The notes under the pieces are model-generated. The model was given only the letters and a program-made list of their open reading frames with translations, was not told the origin of the DNA and made no database searches. A stretch of DNA of 64,000 nt, taken from contig CAWIIP010000002.1 in the NCBI GenBank assembly GCA_963836235.1, positions 1,888,001 through 1,952,000 on the forward strand, given 5' to 3'. This DNA comes from an uncultured Pseudomonadota bacterium (lineage in GTDB: Bacteria; Oederibacteriota; Muellerivitia; Muellerivitales; Muellerivitaceae). The stretch's first letter is position 1, and each line of letters opens with the position of its first letter. This document shows positions 11,372 to 21,283 of this stretch, one piece after another. The position numbers were made by a program, and so were the translations under genes.

Positions 11372-11508
11372 GTCGTCCTCTGGTTTAAATTTTTTGATTC
11401 TTCGCCCTGATTTTTTTGTTCGAATTTAAAGTGAAGGGTATGGGTTTGCCTTTTTGTTATTTTGCTGAAATTAAAACATAAGATATTTAAAAGGCGTTAA
11501 ATATAAAA

Positions 11509-12560
11509 GCTGAATTCAACCAGTAAGTGCAACACCTAGACGAAAGACCTGCTCCGGCGTTTTGAAGCGAAGGCACTTGCGTGGACGGCTGTTGAGAGCC
11601 CGCTCCACACGTCGCACGTTCGCTGGAGTTATGGTAGCAAAATCGGTTTTCTTTGGATAGAAGCGCCGCACCAAACCATTAGTGTTTTCGACGGTTCCCT
11701 TTTCCCAACTGTGGAAAGGAAGACAGAAAAAGGAACGGGTTCCTAAGAGATTGTTAACTTGAAGATGCTCGATGTTTTCAGAGCCGTTGTCGTAAGTAAT
11801 GGTCCGGCGTAACCCCTTCGGAAAGAGGGTGAGCCGTCGATTGATAGCTGCTCGTGTTTTCGAAGCGGACTTTTGAGGCAACCAGGCGAGTTTCACGAGG
11901 CGGCTTTTTCGTTCGACCATCACCAAAAGGGAGGCTTTACTTTTTCTGGAGATGATGGTGTCCGCTTCCCAGTGACCAAATTGACGCCGCGTCTGCACGA
12001 TGGCGGGTCGTTGAGTGATCGGAGTTCGTTCTGGAATATGGCTTTTTCGATGTTTGTGCGAATGCCATCGGCGAAGCCGCTTTCGATGGGAACGAGCCAA
12101 GAGAGGGATGAGGTTTCGGGCTTCGGAATAAATGAACTGGTAGACGGCCTCGTGGGAAATGAATAGTTTGGAGTTCTCAAGGCGAAGCTGACCAGCAATT
12201 TGTTCGGGAGAAAACCCCTGATGAAGCTTACGCAAAACATGTTGTCGGATCCCTGGTTTTTTGAGACGCAGATGGGTCCGAGAGAGTTGGTTACGCTGGG
12301 TAGATCGCAGGTGAGCCCGAGCTGGTAGATAACGGCCAGGACGTAAAGGTGGTGCGTTACGCTTCAACTCTCGGGAAACACTGGACACATCACGTTCGAG
12401 GCGTCGGGCGATTTCTCGTATGGAGAGGCCTTCTGCCTTCCAAACTGCGATTTCTTCACGTTCGGCCAACGACAGGTGCTTGTAGGATTGTTTCATAAAA
12501 CTTAGGATAACCCCCGGATTCTGCCGGGGCTAAGTGTTGCACTTCGCTATTGAACTGGGG
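11509..12560 (-). mobile_element. IS30-family element, type A, copy 1 (1052 bp)
   Basis: Near-identical to 48052-49103; imperfect terminal IRs GCTGAATTCAACCAGTAAGTGCAACAC / GTGTTGCACTTCGCTATTGAACTGGGG; flanks AAA vs ACT, so no target duplication. Confidence 0.93.
11516..12496 (-). CDS. IS30-family DDE transposase
   Basis: YKHLS.AEREEI HTH; GHWEADT, TYDNGSE, SWEKGTVENTNGLVR, LNSRPRKCL. Confidence 0.95.
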   Translation of the reverse strand: MKQSYKHLSLAEREEIAVWKAEGLSIREIARRLERDVSSVSRELKRNAPPLRPGRYLPARAHLRSTQRNQLSRTHLRLKKPGIRQHVLRKLHQGFSPEQIAGQLRLENSKLFISHEAVYQFIYSEARNLIPLLARSHRKRLRRWHSHKHRKSHIPERTPITQRPAIVQTRRQFGHWEADTIISRKSKASLLVMVERKSRLVKLAWLPQKSASKTRAAINRRLTLFPKGLRRTITYDNGSENIEHLQVNNLLGTRSFFCLPFHSWEKGTVENTNGLVRRFYPKKTDFATITPANVRRVERALNSRPRKCLRFKTPEQVFRLGVALTG

Positions 12561-13136
12561 ACTGCCCCAATTGTGATAAGCCCAAGAGAGCTGATCATCT
12601 AATTTGTTCTTTTCTGCGAACTCTATAATTTTGCGATGATAACTCTCGATATCGGGACTTTCTAATCGAATTAACATCGAACCTTTTGCGGTCATTGAAT
12701 GAAAAATAAGATTCGTATCTTTTAAACTTTTGGCTGACTCCAACGCTTTTTCTGACTCATACAAAGCGAGGGTATACTCTTGGTTCTTTTCATAAACGGA
12801 ATACATAAGTTGATGGAAAAGTATCTTGTCTTCCAAATTCAAAGCATCCAATTTTACTTCTCTTAAAAGTTGTAAGTGATTTTCATCCGCTTTAAAGGAA
12901 TGGACATAAAGGGACGCGGCAATTTGTTCGAGATTCTCTTTCGAGATTAATCGATTTTCAGGAAAACATTTTTCAAATGATTTCAAATCGGGAGGGTTGA
13001 GAAATGCTTTTTTAATATTTACCGAAATATCATGTTTTAATTTTCTTATCGCTTCAGAATCTTGCTGAGTAACATCGGGCGAATTTATGTTTTCTGTTTT
13101 GCCTTGATCTTGATCCATTTCAATGACCTTCCCCAA
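12561..13136 (-). pseudogene. AT-rich TPR-like helical protein truncated by IS30
   Basis: ORF 12456-13136 reads into the IS end after ...SWAYHNWGS; TPR-like ALYESEKALESAKSL; no in-frame continuation beyond the other IS end. Confidence 0.65.
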
Positions 13137-13230
13137 AAGTTCGATCTAATTATCAGTTAAACATGCCCAACTTTCAGCCATTTCATTCATCGGTTTTTAA
13201 AGGGTTTAGGTCAAATACTAGGGATGGAAG

Positions 13231-13316
13231 TATCTTTTGGTCTACACGCAAAAAAACGAAAAGAGCTTGCGGGGGCGATGGAAGATGCTTCTTTAAGGCC
13301 TTCAATTTAAAATCAT
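13231..13316 (-). repeat. Degenerate copy C of the methyltransferase (23177-23794) 3' end
   Basis: TATCTTTTGGTCTACACGCAAAAAAACGAAAAGAGCTTGCGGGGGCGATGGAAG...AAAATCAT aligns to 23178-23265 with two 1-nt deletions. Confidence 0.85.
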
Positions 13317-13534
13317 GACCAATCTTCAAGGGGAATACCGCTTCCCTCGATAATGCTTTTGAGGGTGCCAAGGGGAAGGTCTCTTCCCTTATGAAATGGA
13401 ACAATAACCTGCTTATCCGTTTGCGGATTGCGCCATTTCTGATGGCTTCCCTTGCTTCCGACAAGCATAAAACCACCTTGTCGGAGAACACGAATAATTT
13501 CGGTTGGCTTGAGACGTGGATATTTGGAACTCAA
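13313..13534 (-). CDS. hicA: HicA-family mRNA interferase toxin
   Basis: 73 aa; VLRQGGF..VGSKGSHQKW...VIVPFH...LPLGTLKSII. Confidence 0.9.
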   Translation of the reverse strand: MSSKYPRLKPTEIIRVLRQGGFMLVGSKGSHQKWRNPQTDKQVIVPFHKGRDLPLGTLKSIIEGSGIPLEDWS

Positions 13535-13536
13535 TG

Positions 13537-13740
13537 TTAAAAGGCGAGCGCTTTGACTTTTGCGTTCTTGGGGAAGTGAATTTTCGGGGAAGGTTCGAGG
13601 TAAAGTTCAATCGCTTCATGAATGTTTTTCATAGCTTCTTTTTCCGTATCCCCGGAACTTGTACAACCGGGAAGCTCGGGACAATAGGCGGCGTAAGATT
13701 TGACTTGCTTGTCATATTCCAAAACAACCCTGATTTTCAT
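13537..13740 (-). CDS. hicB: HicB-family antitoxin (short form, no DNA-binding domain)
   Basis: YAAYCPELPGCTSSGDTEKEAMKNIHEAIELYLE. Confidence 0.9.
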   Translation of the reverse strand: MKIRVVLEYDKQVKSYAAYCPELPGCTSSGDTEKEAMKNIHEAIELYLEPSPKIHFPKNAKVKALAF

Positions 13741-13804
13741 GCGTTCCTCCTCTGACTTCAAAACAAATATAACAAAAGTTCAGTTCGATTCCCAGCGGAT
13801 CGGC

Positions 13805-13915
13805 CTATCTTTTGGTTAACACGCAAAAGAACCAAAAGGGCTGGCGGGGGCCGTGGAAGACGCCTTCTTTGAGGTCTTACAATTCAAAATCCTCTCCGAA
13901 AACCTTCTGAACTTT
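13805..13915 (-). repeat. Copy B of the methyltransferase 3' end (111 bp, about 90% identical, internal stop)
   Basis: Ungapped alignment to 23177-23287; translates as ...DFEL*DLKEGVFHGPRQPFWFFCVLTKR*. Confidence 0.95.
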
Positions 13916-14312
13916 ACGGCAAGGAATGAAATCCCTGTTCCTGGAAATGCTTGTCGAAGGTATGGACATTTTTGACGCCCTTTCGCCGCATCACTTCGAA
14001 ACTGACACAATCCACCAGGCTTAGATTCCTTCGCTTGGCCGTCAACACGGCGGCGAGGCCAGCCTCGTGGGAATTCTCATCCACCCACTCCACCGAGAGA
14101 AGCGGCACCACATCCCGATGGAATTCGGCCACGGCCTCCAAGCCCAAGCGGTTTTGAATCAGGGAGAAGGTCTCCAAGAGCGTGTAATTACTGCAAAGCA
14201 GGGACGCGTCCGATTCGAGCAGGGATTTCCATGCCTCATCCGCCTTGACGTGGAACCGGTCTTCCTTCGTTAAAAGAGCGATAAAGAAGGAGGTGTCAAT
14301 GAAGGTGGTCAC
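13914..14312 (-). CDS. vapC: VapC-type PIN-domain toxin
   Basis: FIDTSFFIAL, E in LLETFS, SLVDCVSF, TFDKHF PIN motifs. Confidence 0.92.
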   Translation of the reverse strand: MTTFIDTSFFIALLTKEDRFHVKADEAWKSLLESDASLLCSNYTLLETFSLIQNRLGLEAVAEFHRDVVPLLSVEWVDENSHEAGLAAVLTAKRRNLSLVDCVSFEVMRRKGVKNVHTFDKHFQEQGFHSLP

Positions 14313-14554
14313 TTGGCGTAATCTTCAGCCAGGTACTTGTCGTGGTTGACGGAAAGATCGGAGTGCTTGGAATGGAATTTCCCCGAAATAGCGATGGCGC
14401 GTTTGCGCCGCTCTTCCGGGCTGATGCTCCCGTTTTTCAGGAACAAATCGATGCCTTGACGGATGGCCTCGGCCATGGAAATGTGGCGTTCCCCGGCGAT
14501 TTTTTTCAGGGAAACGGTTTGCTTCTTGGTCAATTGAATTTGGGTGCGGATCAT
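14309..14554 (-). CDS. vapB: CopG/RHH-type antitoxin (VapB)
   Basis: MIRTQIQLT...ISMAEAIRQGID...DLSVNHDKYL; GTGA overlap with the PIN gene. Confidence 0.85.
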   Translation of the reverse strand: MIRTQIQLTKKQTVSLKKIAGERHISMAEAIRQGIDLFLKNGSISPEERRKRAIAISGKFHSKHSDLSVNHDKYLAEDYAK

Positions 14555-14566
14555 GGCCACTCTCCT

Positions 14567-14600
14567 TAGTGATAACACTTACGTTATTATGATAACACTA
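14567..14600. promoter_or_regulatory. Probable autoregulatory operator of vapBC
   Basis: TGATAACACT twice, directly upstream of the antitoxin RBS. Confidence 0.45.
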
Positions 14601-14683
14601 GAGAAAGTGGGGTCAATAGTTGCGAGGGCCTGAGGTTTTAAATCAAGGATTCGCCGGATGGAAGACCCATTCTTTGATGTCTT

Positions 14684-16423
14684 TCAATCGTTTTCTTGTT
14701 TTTCCATCGCGATTTTTTGATAGATGGGGTATTGGGGTTCCCAGAATTTCTGGAGAATCCGCTGTCTTATTTCATCTTCCTCCATCGCCGGGGCGACGCC
14801 TTCTTTTTGCGCCTGCTTGACCACGGCTAGAGCGATGCGGCGGATGATGTCCTGGATGCCTTCCAGGGGGGGAAGCAGGGAAGCCGAGGGGTCGTGCAGG
14901 GCGGGGGAATAGCCCCCCAGCGCGCGGGCGGCGGCCAGGAGCATACCGTCGGTGATCCTTCGGGCCTCACAGGCGGCCACCACCAGCCCCATGGCGGGGA
15001 AGATGAAAAAATTGTTGCATTGGCCGATATGGACGCGCTTTTCCCCAAGGGCTACCGGCGAGAAGGGGGCGCCGGTGGCGATAAGAGCCCGACCCCCAGT
15101 CCAGTCCATCAGGTGCGAAGGCGTGGCCTCGGCGTGGTCGGTGGGGTTGGAGAGGGGGAAGATGACCGGGCGGTCCACCTTAGCCGCCATCTCCCTCACC
15201 AGCGGTTCGGTGAAGAGCCCGGGCTGCATGGAAACGCCGATCAGGATGGTGGCTGGAATACTCTTTATCGTCTCAAAAAGCCCCACCCGGCCCCGGGAGT
15301 CCTTGGGCCAGCCGGCGATTTTTTCAGTGGGCTGGGCGAATTTCATCTGGATGGGGGACAAGTTTTTAATGTCCTGGTGCAAGAGGCCGTCCACATCCAC
15401 CAGGTAAAAGTGGCCGAGGGCTTCGGCCTCGCTGAGCCCTTCCGCAACCATGGCGGCCAGCAGGTATTCGGCGATGCCCGTGCCCGCACCGCCCGCCCCC
15501 GCCATAACCACCTGCTGGTCGGAAAAGTTTTGGCCGGTCACTTTCAGGGCCCCCAAGATCGCCCCCGTGGAGACCGCCGCCGTGCCCTGGATGTCGTCGT
15601 TGAAGGTGCAGAGGCTGTCCCGGTACTTGTCCAGGATGGGGCGGGCGTGGGGCCTGGCAAAATCCTCCCATTGCAGAAGCACGTGGGGAAGTTTTTTGCG
15701 GACGGCCTGGACGAATTGGTCGATGAAGTCCCAATAGTCCTGGCCGGTCACGCGCTCATGGCGCCAGCCGACGTAAGTGGGGTCGCGCAAGAGACGTTCG
15801 TTGTTGGTGCCCACATCCAGAAAGATGGGCAAGGTGCGGGAAGGCTCGATGCCGCCCAGGAGCGAATAGAGGGAAAGCTTGCCGATGGGGATGCCCATGC
15901 CGCCGGCCCCTTGGTCGCCGATGCCGAGGATTCTCTCGCCGTCGGTGGCCACGATGACATCGACAAAGCGGTAGGGGCGGTTTTCCAAGATTTCCTCCAG
16001 CCGATCCCTTAAGGGGTAAGCCAAAAAGAGGCCCCGGGGCTGGCGGTAGATTTTGGAAAAGTTCATGCAGCCCTGGGCTACCACCGGGTTGTAGATGACC
16101 GGCGTCATTTCGGTAAGGTTGCGGCTGAGCAGGGCGTAGAAGAGGGTCTCGTTGGTATCCTGCAGGGCCCGCAGGAAGGTGTGGCAGTCCAGGTCGGTGT
16201 CCTGGAGCGAATAGGCGTTATAGGCCCGGTCGCACTGCTGTTCAAGGGTTTCCACCACGGGGGGAAGGAGCCCGGAGAGTTTGAACTGCTCCCTTTGCTC
16301 AAGGGTGAAGGCGGTGCCGGCGTTTAGGATGGGGTTGGTAAGGATCTGCTGGCCGGTGAGATGGGTTTTGAAAAGCGTGGAGCCCGGGGGCAGGGGAGCG
16401 CTTGGAGATTCTGGGTCCGACAT
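14684..16423 (-). CDS. maeA: NAD-dependent malic enzyme
   Basis: NAGTAFT, LQDTNETLFY, TDGERILGIGDQG, QWEDF, FNDDIQGTA, GAGGAGTG, IFPLSNPT, GQCNNFFIFP. Confidence 0.93.
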   Translation of the reverse strand: MSDPESPSAPLPPGSTLFKTHLTGQQILTNPILNAGTAFTLEQREQFKLSGLLPPVVETLEQQCDRAYNAYSLQDTDLDCHTFLRALQDTNETLFYALLSRNLTEMTPVIYNPVVAQGCMNFSKIYRQPRGLFLAYPLRDRLEEILENRPYRFVDVIVATDGERILGIGDQGAGGMGIPIGKLSLYSLLGGIEPSRTLPIFLDVGTNNERLLRDPTYVGWRHERVTGQDYWDFIDQFVQAVRKKLPHVLLQWEDFARPHARPILDKYRDSLCTFNDDIQGTAAVSTGAILGALKVTGQNFSDQQVVMAGAGGAGTGIAEYLLAAMVAEGLSEAEALGHFYLVDVDGLLHQDIKNLSPIQMKFAQPTEKIAGWPKDSRGRVGLFETIKSIPATILIGVSMQPGLFTEPLVREMAAKVDRPVIFPLSNPTDHAEATPSHLMDWTGGRALIATGAPFSPVALGEKRVHIGQCNNFFIFPAMGLVVAACEARRITDGMLLAAARALGGYSPALHDPSASLLPPLEGIQDIIRRIALAVVKQAQKEGVAPAMEEDEIRQRILQKFWEPQYPIYQKIAMEKQEND

Positions 16424-16552
16424 AGGGACTCTTTCGCCGATCAAGGGGGAAAATTCACCGATGGTTTATCTTATATCCACGGGCCATCGAAAAATAAAGG
16501 GTTGGGGCACATATTCTACTTTAGCCCATGGCCCCCAATATCTTCGAAGAAG

Positions 16553-16620
16553 CTGTCTTTTGGTCAACAGGCAAAAAAACGAAAAAGGCTGGCGGGGGCC
16601 GTGGAAGGCCCCCTTTTTTC
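16553..16620 (-). repeat. Copy A of the methyltransferase 3' end (about 68 bp)
   Basis: CTTTTGGTCAACAGGCAAAAAAACGAAAAAGGCTGGCGGGGGCCGTGGAAG aligns to 23181-23231. Confidence 0.9.
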
Positions 16621-16653
16621 AATTCTTCTTGGAAATACCTTCAAGGGTTTCCT

Positions 16654-16929
16654 TTATTTCTTTTCAACCAGATCCATTCCGCACTTGGGGCATTTGCCAT
16701 CAGCCGTCCTGGGGCCGCTATAGTCGCCCATGGGACAAACCCAAGTTGCCTGAACCGCCTTCGCGGCAACCGGCTTCTTCTTGGCCTTTTTGACCTTATG
16801 TTTCACCGCCGGCGTTGAAGCGGCTACCGGCGTGGAGAGGCCATCCGCTTTGCCCGCGTCATCCGCCCAAACCGACTGAACCACGACCAACAAAGCCGCA
16901 ACCATCAACAAATCCAAATATTTTTTCAT
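16654..16929 (-). CDS. Small secreted heavy-metal-binding-domain protein
   Basis: Signal peptide; C-terminal WVCPM...GKCPKCGMDLV. Confidence 0.8.
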   Translation of the reverse strand: MKKYLDLLMVAALLVVVQSVWADDAGKADGLSTPVAASTPAVKHKVKKAKKKPVAAKAVQATWVCPMGDYSGPRTADGKCPKCGMDLVEKK

Positions 16930-16992
16930 CACCTTGCTCCTTTTGTTTTTTGCCCAGATTTCCATTTTGGAAAGCAGGGAACAGCTCGTTCT

Positions 16993-19900
16993 TTAACCCA
17001 CCCTTTTAACGACTTTCCAAAACCATCCCCAAAAGCCGGTAAGTTCCTTTTTTACCACTTGGGGCCTGACTTCGGTGTGCCATTTCCAAATGACGAATAG
17101 GACGGGATAGACCAAAAGCTCCAAAAGGAAGGAGGTGAAAATCCCGCCCACCATGGGGGCGGCGATACGCTTCATGACGTCGCTTCCCACGCCGTTGGAA
17201 AAGAGGATGGGAACCAAGCCCATCCAGGCCGCCCCGACCGTCATCAGCTTGGGGCGGACACGATGGACGGCTCCCTCCAAAGCCGCTTCCTTTAAATCCA
17301 GGAGGCTCTTGAGCTTTCCCCGCTCCCGGTATTCCCGGTAGGCGATATTTAAATAAAGCAGCATGACGACCCCGGTTTCGGCGTCCAAGCCCGCCAGGGC
17401 GATCATCCCCACGGCTACCGCCACCGAGAGGTTATACCCCAGCATCCAAAGAAGCCAAAAGGCCCCCACCAGGGAGAAGGGAACGGCCAGGAGCACCATG
17501 GCCGTTTCGGTGAAGGACTTGGTGTTGAAATAAATGAGCAGGAAGACCAGCAGAAGGGTCAGGGGGATCATGATCCTGAGCCTCTTGGCCGCCTGTACCA
17601 TATATTCGTATTGGCCGCTCCATTCCAGGCTCACCCCCGGCGGAAGATTTACTTTTTGTTCCAAAACCCTTTTGGCCTCGGCCACCCAAGTACCGGGGTC
17701 ACGGTTCGCCAAGTCAACGTAGACGTAACCCGCCAGCAAGCCGTTCTCATCGCGGATCATGCCCGGCCCCGTGCTCAAGGAGACGTCGGCCACCTGCCCC
17801 AATTGAATATGCTGGCCCGAGGGGGTCACCATGGGAACACGCCTCATCTTATCCGGCGTGTCGCGGAAATCCCGGCTCAAGCGGACCGTGATGGGAAACC
17901 GGGCCCGTCCCTCGACCGCTTCCGTGACCATGTCCCCCCCGACCGCCGATTGGATGAAGTCGTTCAGGTCGCCCACGCTCATGCCGTAACGGGCCAGCTG
18001 GTCCCGCTTGGCCTGGATATCCACGAAATAGCCGCCGGTCACCCTTTCGGCGAAGGCGCTGCGGGTGCCGGGGATATCGTGGACGGCCTTTTCAATGTCC
18101 TCGCTGGCCTTTTCGATGGCCTCGAAGTTATCCCCCAATACCTTGATGCCGATGGGAGTGCGGATACCGGTGGAGAGCATGTCGATGCGGTTCTTGATGG
18201 GCCCGATCCAGTCGTTGGTAAAGCCCGGCACTTGCAGGGCCTGGTTCATCTGCTGGATGAGCTTTTCATGGGTCATGCCCGCGGGCCACTGGCTTTCGGG
18301 CTTGAAAACGATGGTGGTTTCCACCATCGACAGGGGGGCGGGGTCCAGGGAGGTTTCCGCCCTTCCCGCCTTGCCGAACACGCTCTGAACTTCCGGGAAT
18401 GACTTGAGGACCCGGTCCTGCATCTGAAGAATCCGCCCGGCCTCGGCGATGGAAATGCCCGGCAAGGTGATCGGCATATATAGAAGAGTCTCCTCCCACA
18501 GGGGCGGCATGAACTCCGTGCCCAACCGCGCCATGGGCAGGAAAGTCAAAACCATGACGCCCAAAGCCGAGCCGATCACGGTCAGGCGGTGGTCCAGCAC
18601 CCACCGCGCCATCGGCGCGTAGAGGCCCTGGAGAATCCGGTTCACCGGGTTTTCCTTTTCCGGCCGGATGGTTCCCCGGAGCAAAAGGGTCATCAACATG
18701 GGGGTGAGGGTGACCGCCAGGAAGGCGGAGAAAAACATGGCGAAGGTTTTGGTGAAAGCCAGGGGCTTGAACAAGCGGCCCTCCTGGCCCTGCAGGGCGA
18801 AGACCGGCAGGAAACCCGCCGTGATGACCAGCAAGGTCATGAAGAGGGAAGGCCCCACCTCCGTGCAGGCGCGAAGAATGACGCTAGTGCGGTCTTCCTT
18901 CTTTTTACCTTTTTCCCATTCCTCCAGACGCTTGCAGGCGTTTTCCACCATGATGATGGAAGCGTCCACCATGGCCCCGATGGCGATGGCGATCCCGCCC
19001 AAACTCATGATGTTGGAAGTGACGCCGATATAGCGCATGCAAATGAACGAAATGAGGATGGAAACGGGCAGGGTGACCAGGATGACGAAGGCCGAGGGCA
19101 AGTGCCAAAGGAAGATCAGGCACACGATACTCACCGCGATGGCCAGTTTCGCCAATTCCTCCATGAGGGTGTTCACCGAATCCTGGATTAGTTCGGACCG
19201 GTCGTAGACCGGCACGATTTCCACGCCCGGGGGGAGGGAGGGTTTCAGTTCCTCCAGCTTTTGCTTCACGGTCGCGATGACATTCATCGCGTTTTCGCCG
19301 TAGCGCATGGTCACGGTGCCGCCCACGACCTCGCCTTGGCCGTTCAAATCGGTGACGTTACGCCGCAAGGCGGGCCCCAAGCGGGCCTGGCCCACGTCCT
19401 TGACCAAAACGGGAATGCCCTGCTTGTCGCGCCCCACCACGATACCCTGGAGGTCCTGGAGACGGTGGACATAGCCCAAACCCCGCACCATGTATTCGGT
19501 GCCGTTCAGTTCCAACAGTCTTCCACCCACTTCCTGGTTGGATTCCCGCACCGCCTTGACCACATCCGAAAAGGGTATGTCATAGGCCGCCAGGGCCGCG
19601 GGGTTCACTTCCACCTGATACTCTTTCGTCTCACCGCCGACGGTCGAGACCTCGGCCACGCCGGGAAGGCTTTGGAGGACAAATTTCAGGTTCCAATCCT
19701 GGTAGGCCTTGAGTTGTTCCAGGCTGTTCTGGCCGGTCTTATCGACCAAGGCGTATTGGTAAACCCAGCCCACCCCGGTGGCGTCCGGCCCGATTTCCAC
19801 TTTCGCGCCCTCGGGAAGGCTGCCCTGTATCTTCGAGAGATATTCCAATACCCGGCTTCTCGCCCAATAAACATCCGTGCCCTCGTCAAAAATGACATAG

Positions 19901-20175
19901 ATATACGAAAACCCAAAGTCCGATTGGGCCCGGATGGATTTAACATGCGGGGCCCCCAACAAGGCCCGGGTGATGGGGTAAGCCACCTGATCTTCCAGGA
20001 TGTCGGGACTGCGGTCCCACTGGGCGAAGACCACCACTTGGGTATCCGATAAATCCGGGATAGCGTCCAGGGGGACAGTTTTAACCGCCCAAATTCCCCA
20101 GCCGACGACCAACAACAGCCCCAGGCCGACTACAAACCTGTTTCTTCCGCAAAACCCGATGACTTTAGCAATCAT
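16993..20175 (-). CDS. cusA: CusA/CzcA-family RND heavy-metal efflux permease
   Basis: PLDAIPDLSDTQV, GPDATGVGWVYQYAL, NIMSLGGIAIAIGAMVDA, KNRIDMLSTGIRTP, MKRIAAPMVGG. Confidence 0.95.
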   Translation of the reverse strand: MIAKVIGFCGRNRFVVGLGLLLVVGWGIWAVKTVPLDAIPDLSDTQVVVFAQWDRSPDILEDQVAYPITRALLGAPHVKSIRAQSDFGFSYIYVIFDEGTDVYWARSRVLEYLSKIQGSLPEGAKVEIGPDATGVGWVYQYALVDKTGQNSLEQLKAYQDWNLKFVLQSLPGVAEVSTVGGETKEYQVEVNPAALAAYDIPFSDVVKAVRESNQEVGGRLLELNGTEYMVRGLGYVHRLQDLQGIVVGRDKQGIPVLVKDVGQARLGPALRRNVTDLNGQGEVVGGTVTMRYGENAMNVIATVKQKLEELKPSLPPGVEIVPVYDRSELIQDSVNTLMEELAKLAIAVSIVCLIFLWHLPSAFVILVTLPVSILISFICMRYIGVTSNIMSLGGIAIAIGAMVDASIIMVENACKRLEEWEKGKKKEDRTSVILRACTEVGPSLFMTLLVITAGFLPVFALQGQEGRLFKPLAFTKTFAMFFSAFLAVTLTPMLMTLLLRGTIRPEKENPVNRILQGLYAPMARWVLDHRLTVIGSALGVMVLTFLPMARLGTEFMPPLWEETLLYMPITLPGISIAEAGRILQMQDRVLKSFPEVQSVFGKAGRAETSLDPAPLSMVETTIVFKPESQWPAGMTHEKLIQQMNQALQVPGFTNDWIGPIKNRIDMLSTGIRTPIGIKVLGDNFEAIEKASEDIEKAVHDIPGTRSAFAERVTGGYFVDIQAKRDQLARYGMSVGDLNDFIQSAVGGDMVTEAVEGRARFPITVRLSRDFRDTPDKMRRVPMVTPSGQHIQLGQVADVSLSTGPGMIRDENGLLAGYVYVDLANRDPGTWVAEAKRVLEQKVNLPPGVSLEWSGQYEYMVQAAKRLRIMIPLTLLLVFLLIYFNTKSFTETAMVLLAVPFSLVGAFWLLWMLGYNLSVAVAVGMIALAGLDAETGVVMLLYLNIAYREYRERGKLKSLLDLKEAALEGAVHRVRPKLMTVGAAWMGLVPILFSNGVGSDVMKRIAAPMVGGIFTSFLLELLVYPVLFVIWKWHTEVRPQVVKKELTGFWGWFWKVVKRVG

Positions 20176-20198
20176 TTAAAACCTCCAAAGACTCTCTT

Positions 20199-20310
20199 AA
20201 CCACCAAGGCACCAAGGGCACCAAGAACGACGAAAGGCAAGAAGCTTTAAAACGGCCAAAATTAAATCTTTTGGTTTTTCCTTCTTGGTGCCCTTAGTGT
20301 CTTGGTGGTT
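20199..20310. repeat. Long inverted-repeat element (MITE/REP-like) between cusB and cusA
   Basis: Left arm AACCACCAAGGCACCAAGGGCACCAAGAA vs reverse complement of right arm AACCACCAAGACACTAAGGGCACCAAGAA (27/29). Confidence 0.85.
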
Positions 20311-20316
20311 CAAATT

Positions 20317-21264
20317 TTATTTTCCGCTTTGCGATTCCATGGCGGCAAAATTGGCCGCCAGCTTGGAATCGGCGTCCACCATGAAATTCGCCCCCGACAC
20401 CACCCTGTCACCGGCTTGAAGGCCGGACAAAATTTGGCAACGGTCGTCGCCCTCGAATCCCACCGTGATTTCCCGGGGCGTGAAAATTTCCGGCGGCTGT
20501 TTCAGGAAAACATAACGGTGGAGCCCCGTGGCCATCACGGCATCGGTAGGCACCGACAGGAGGGGTTGGGAAGCCGCCTCTATTTCCACGTTGGCATAAA
20601 GTTCGGAGGAAGGGGCGTTGGAAAGGCTGATTTGGACCTTGCGTTCCCGGGATTGGGTTCCGTCATAAGGATAAATTCGCGACACCCTTCCTTCCACCCG
20701 GGGCCCGGACCCGCTGAAGGCGGACACCCAGGCGGTTTGTCCCACCCTGACATAGGGGATATCGAGGGCGTAAACGTCAGCCACCAGATACCGGCTTCTC
20801 TCGGACGCCACCTTTCTCCCCGCCGCGAAATCACCCACGGCGGCGGAAAAGTCATCGGACCCGCCTCCAAAGCGCCCCACGGTTTGGATGACCCTGACGA
20901 CGGGTTTCTGTTCCACTAGGGCAGTTCGCAGCCCTATGAGTTGCTGCTTAAAGGGGGATAGATCAACGGCGGCTAACCCATTAAGTGCTGCGGGCTGTCC
21001 CGTCTGCCCGGCTGAAAGGGAGGCGCTTTCCTTTTCACCCCCGGCCGTGCCATCCCTTTTAATGAGGGTCATGCCGCAAATGGCGCAATTTCCCGGATGA
21101 TCCTGGTGGAACCAGGGATGCATGGCGCAATAGTAATCATCCGACTTCTTGTCGGCGGCCTTCGTTTCCACCCCCTTCGGTTTGCCTTCAAGACACCAAC
21201 GGGCGGTCCCCATGGCGGCCAATAAGGCCAACAGAATTAAGAAAATTACTTTTCGAGTTTTCAT
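20317..21264 (-). CDS. cusB: CusB-type membrane fusion protein with heavy-metal-binding domain
   Basis: YYCAMHPW...PGNCAICGMTL; GLQAGDRVVSGANFMVDADSKL; start uncertain (21264 or 21279). Confidence 0.85.
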   Translation of the reverse strand: MKTRKVIFLILLALLAAMGTARWCLEGKPKGVETKAADKKSDDYYCAMHPWFHQDHPGNCAICGMTLIKRDGTAGGEKESASLSAGQTGQPAALNGLAAVDLSPFKQQLIGLRTALVEQKPVVRVIQTVGRFGGGSDDFSAAVGDFAAGRKVASERSRYLVADVYALDIPYVRVGQTAWVSAFSGSGPRVEGRVSRIYPYDGTQSRERKVQISLSNAPSSELYANVEIEAASQPLLSVPTDAVMATGLHRYVFLKQPPEIFTPREITVGFEGDDRCQILSGLQAGDRVVSGANFMVDADSKLAANFAAMESQSGK

Positions 21265-21283
21265 GATGAATCGGTACATGCCG

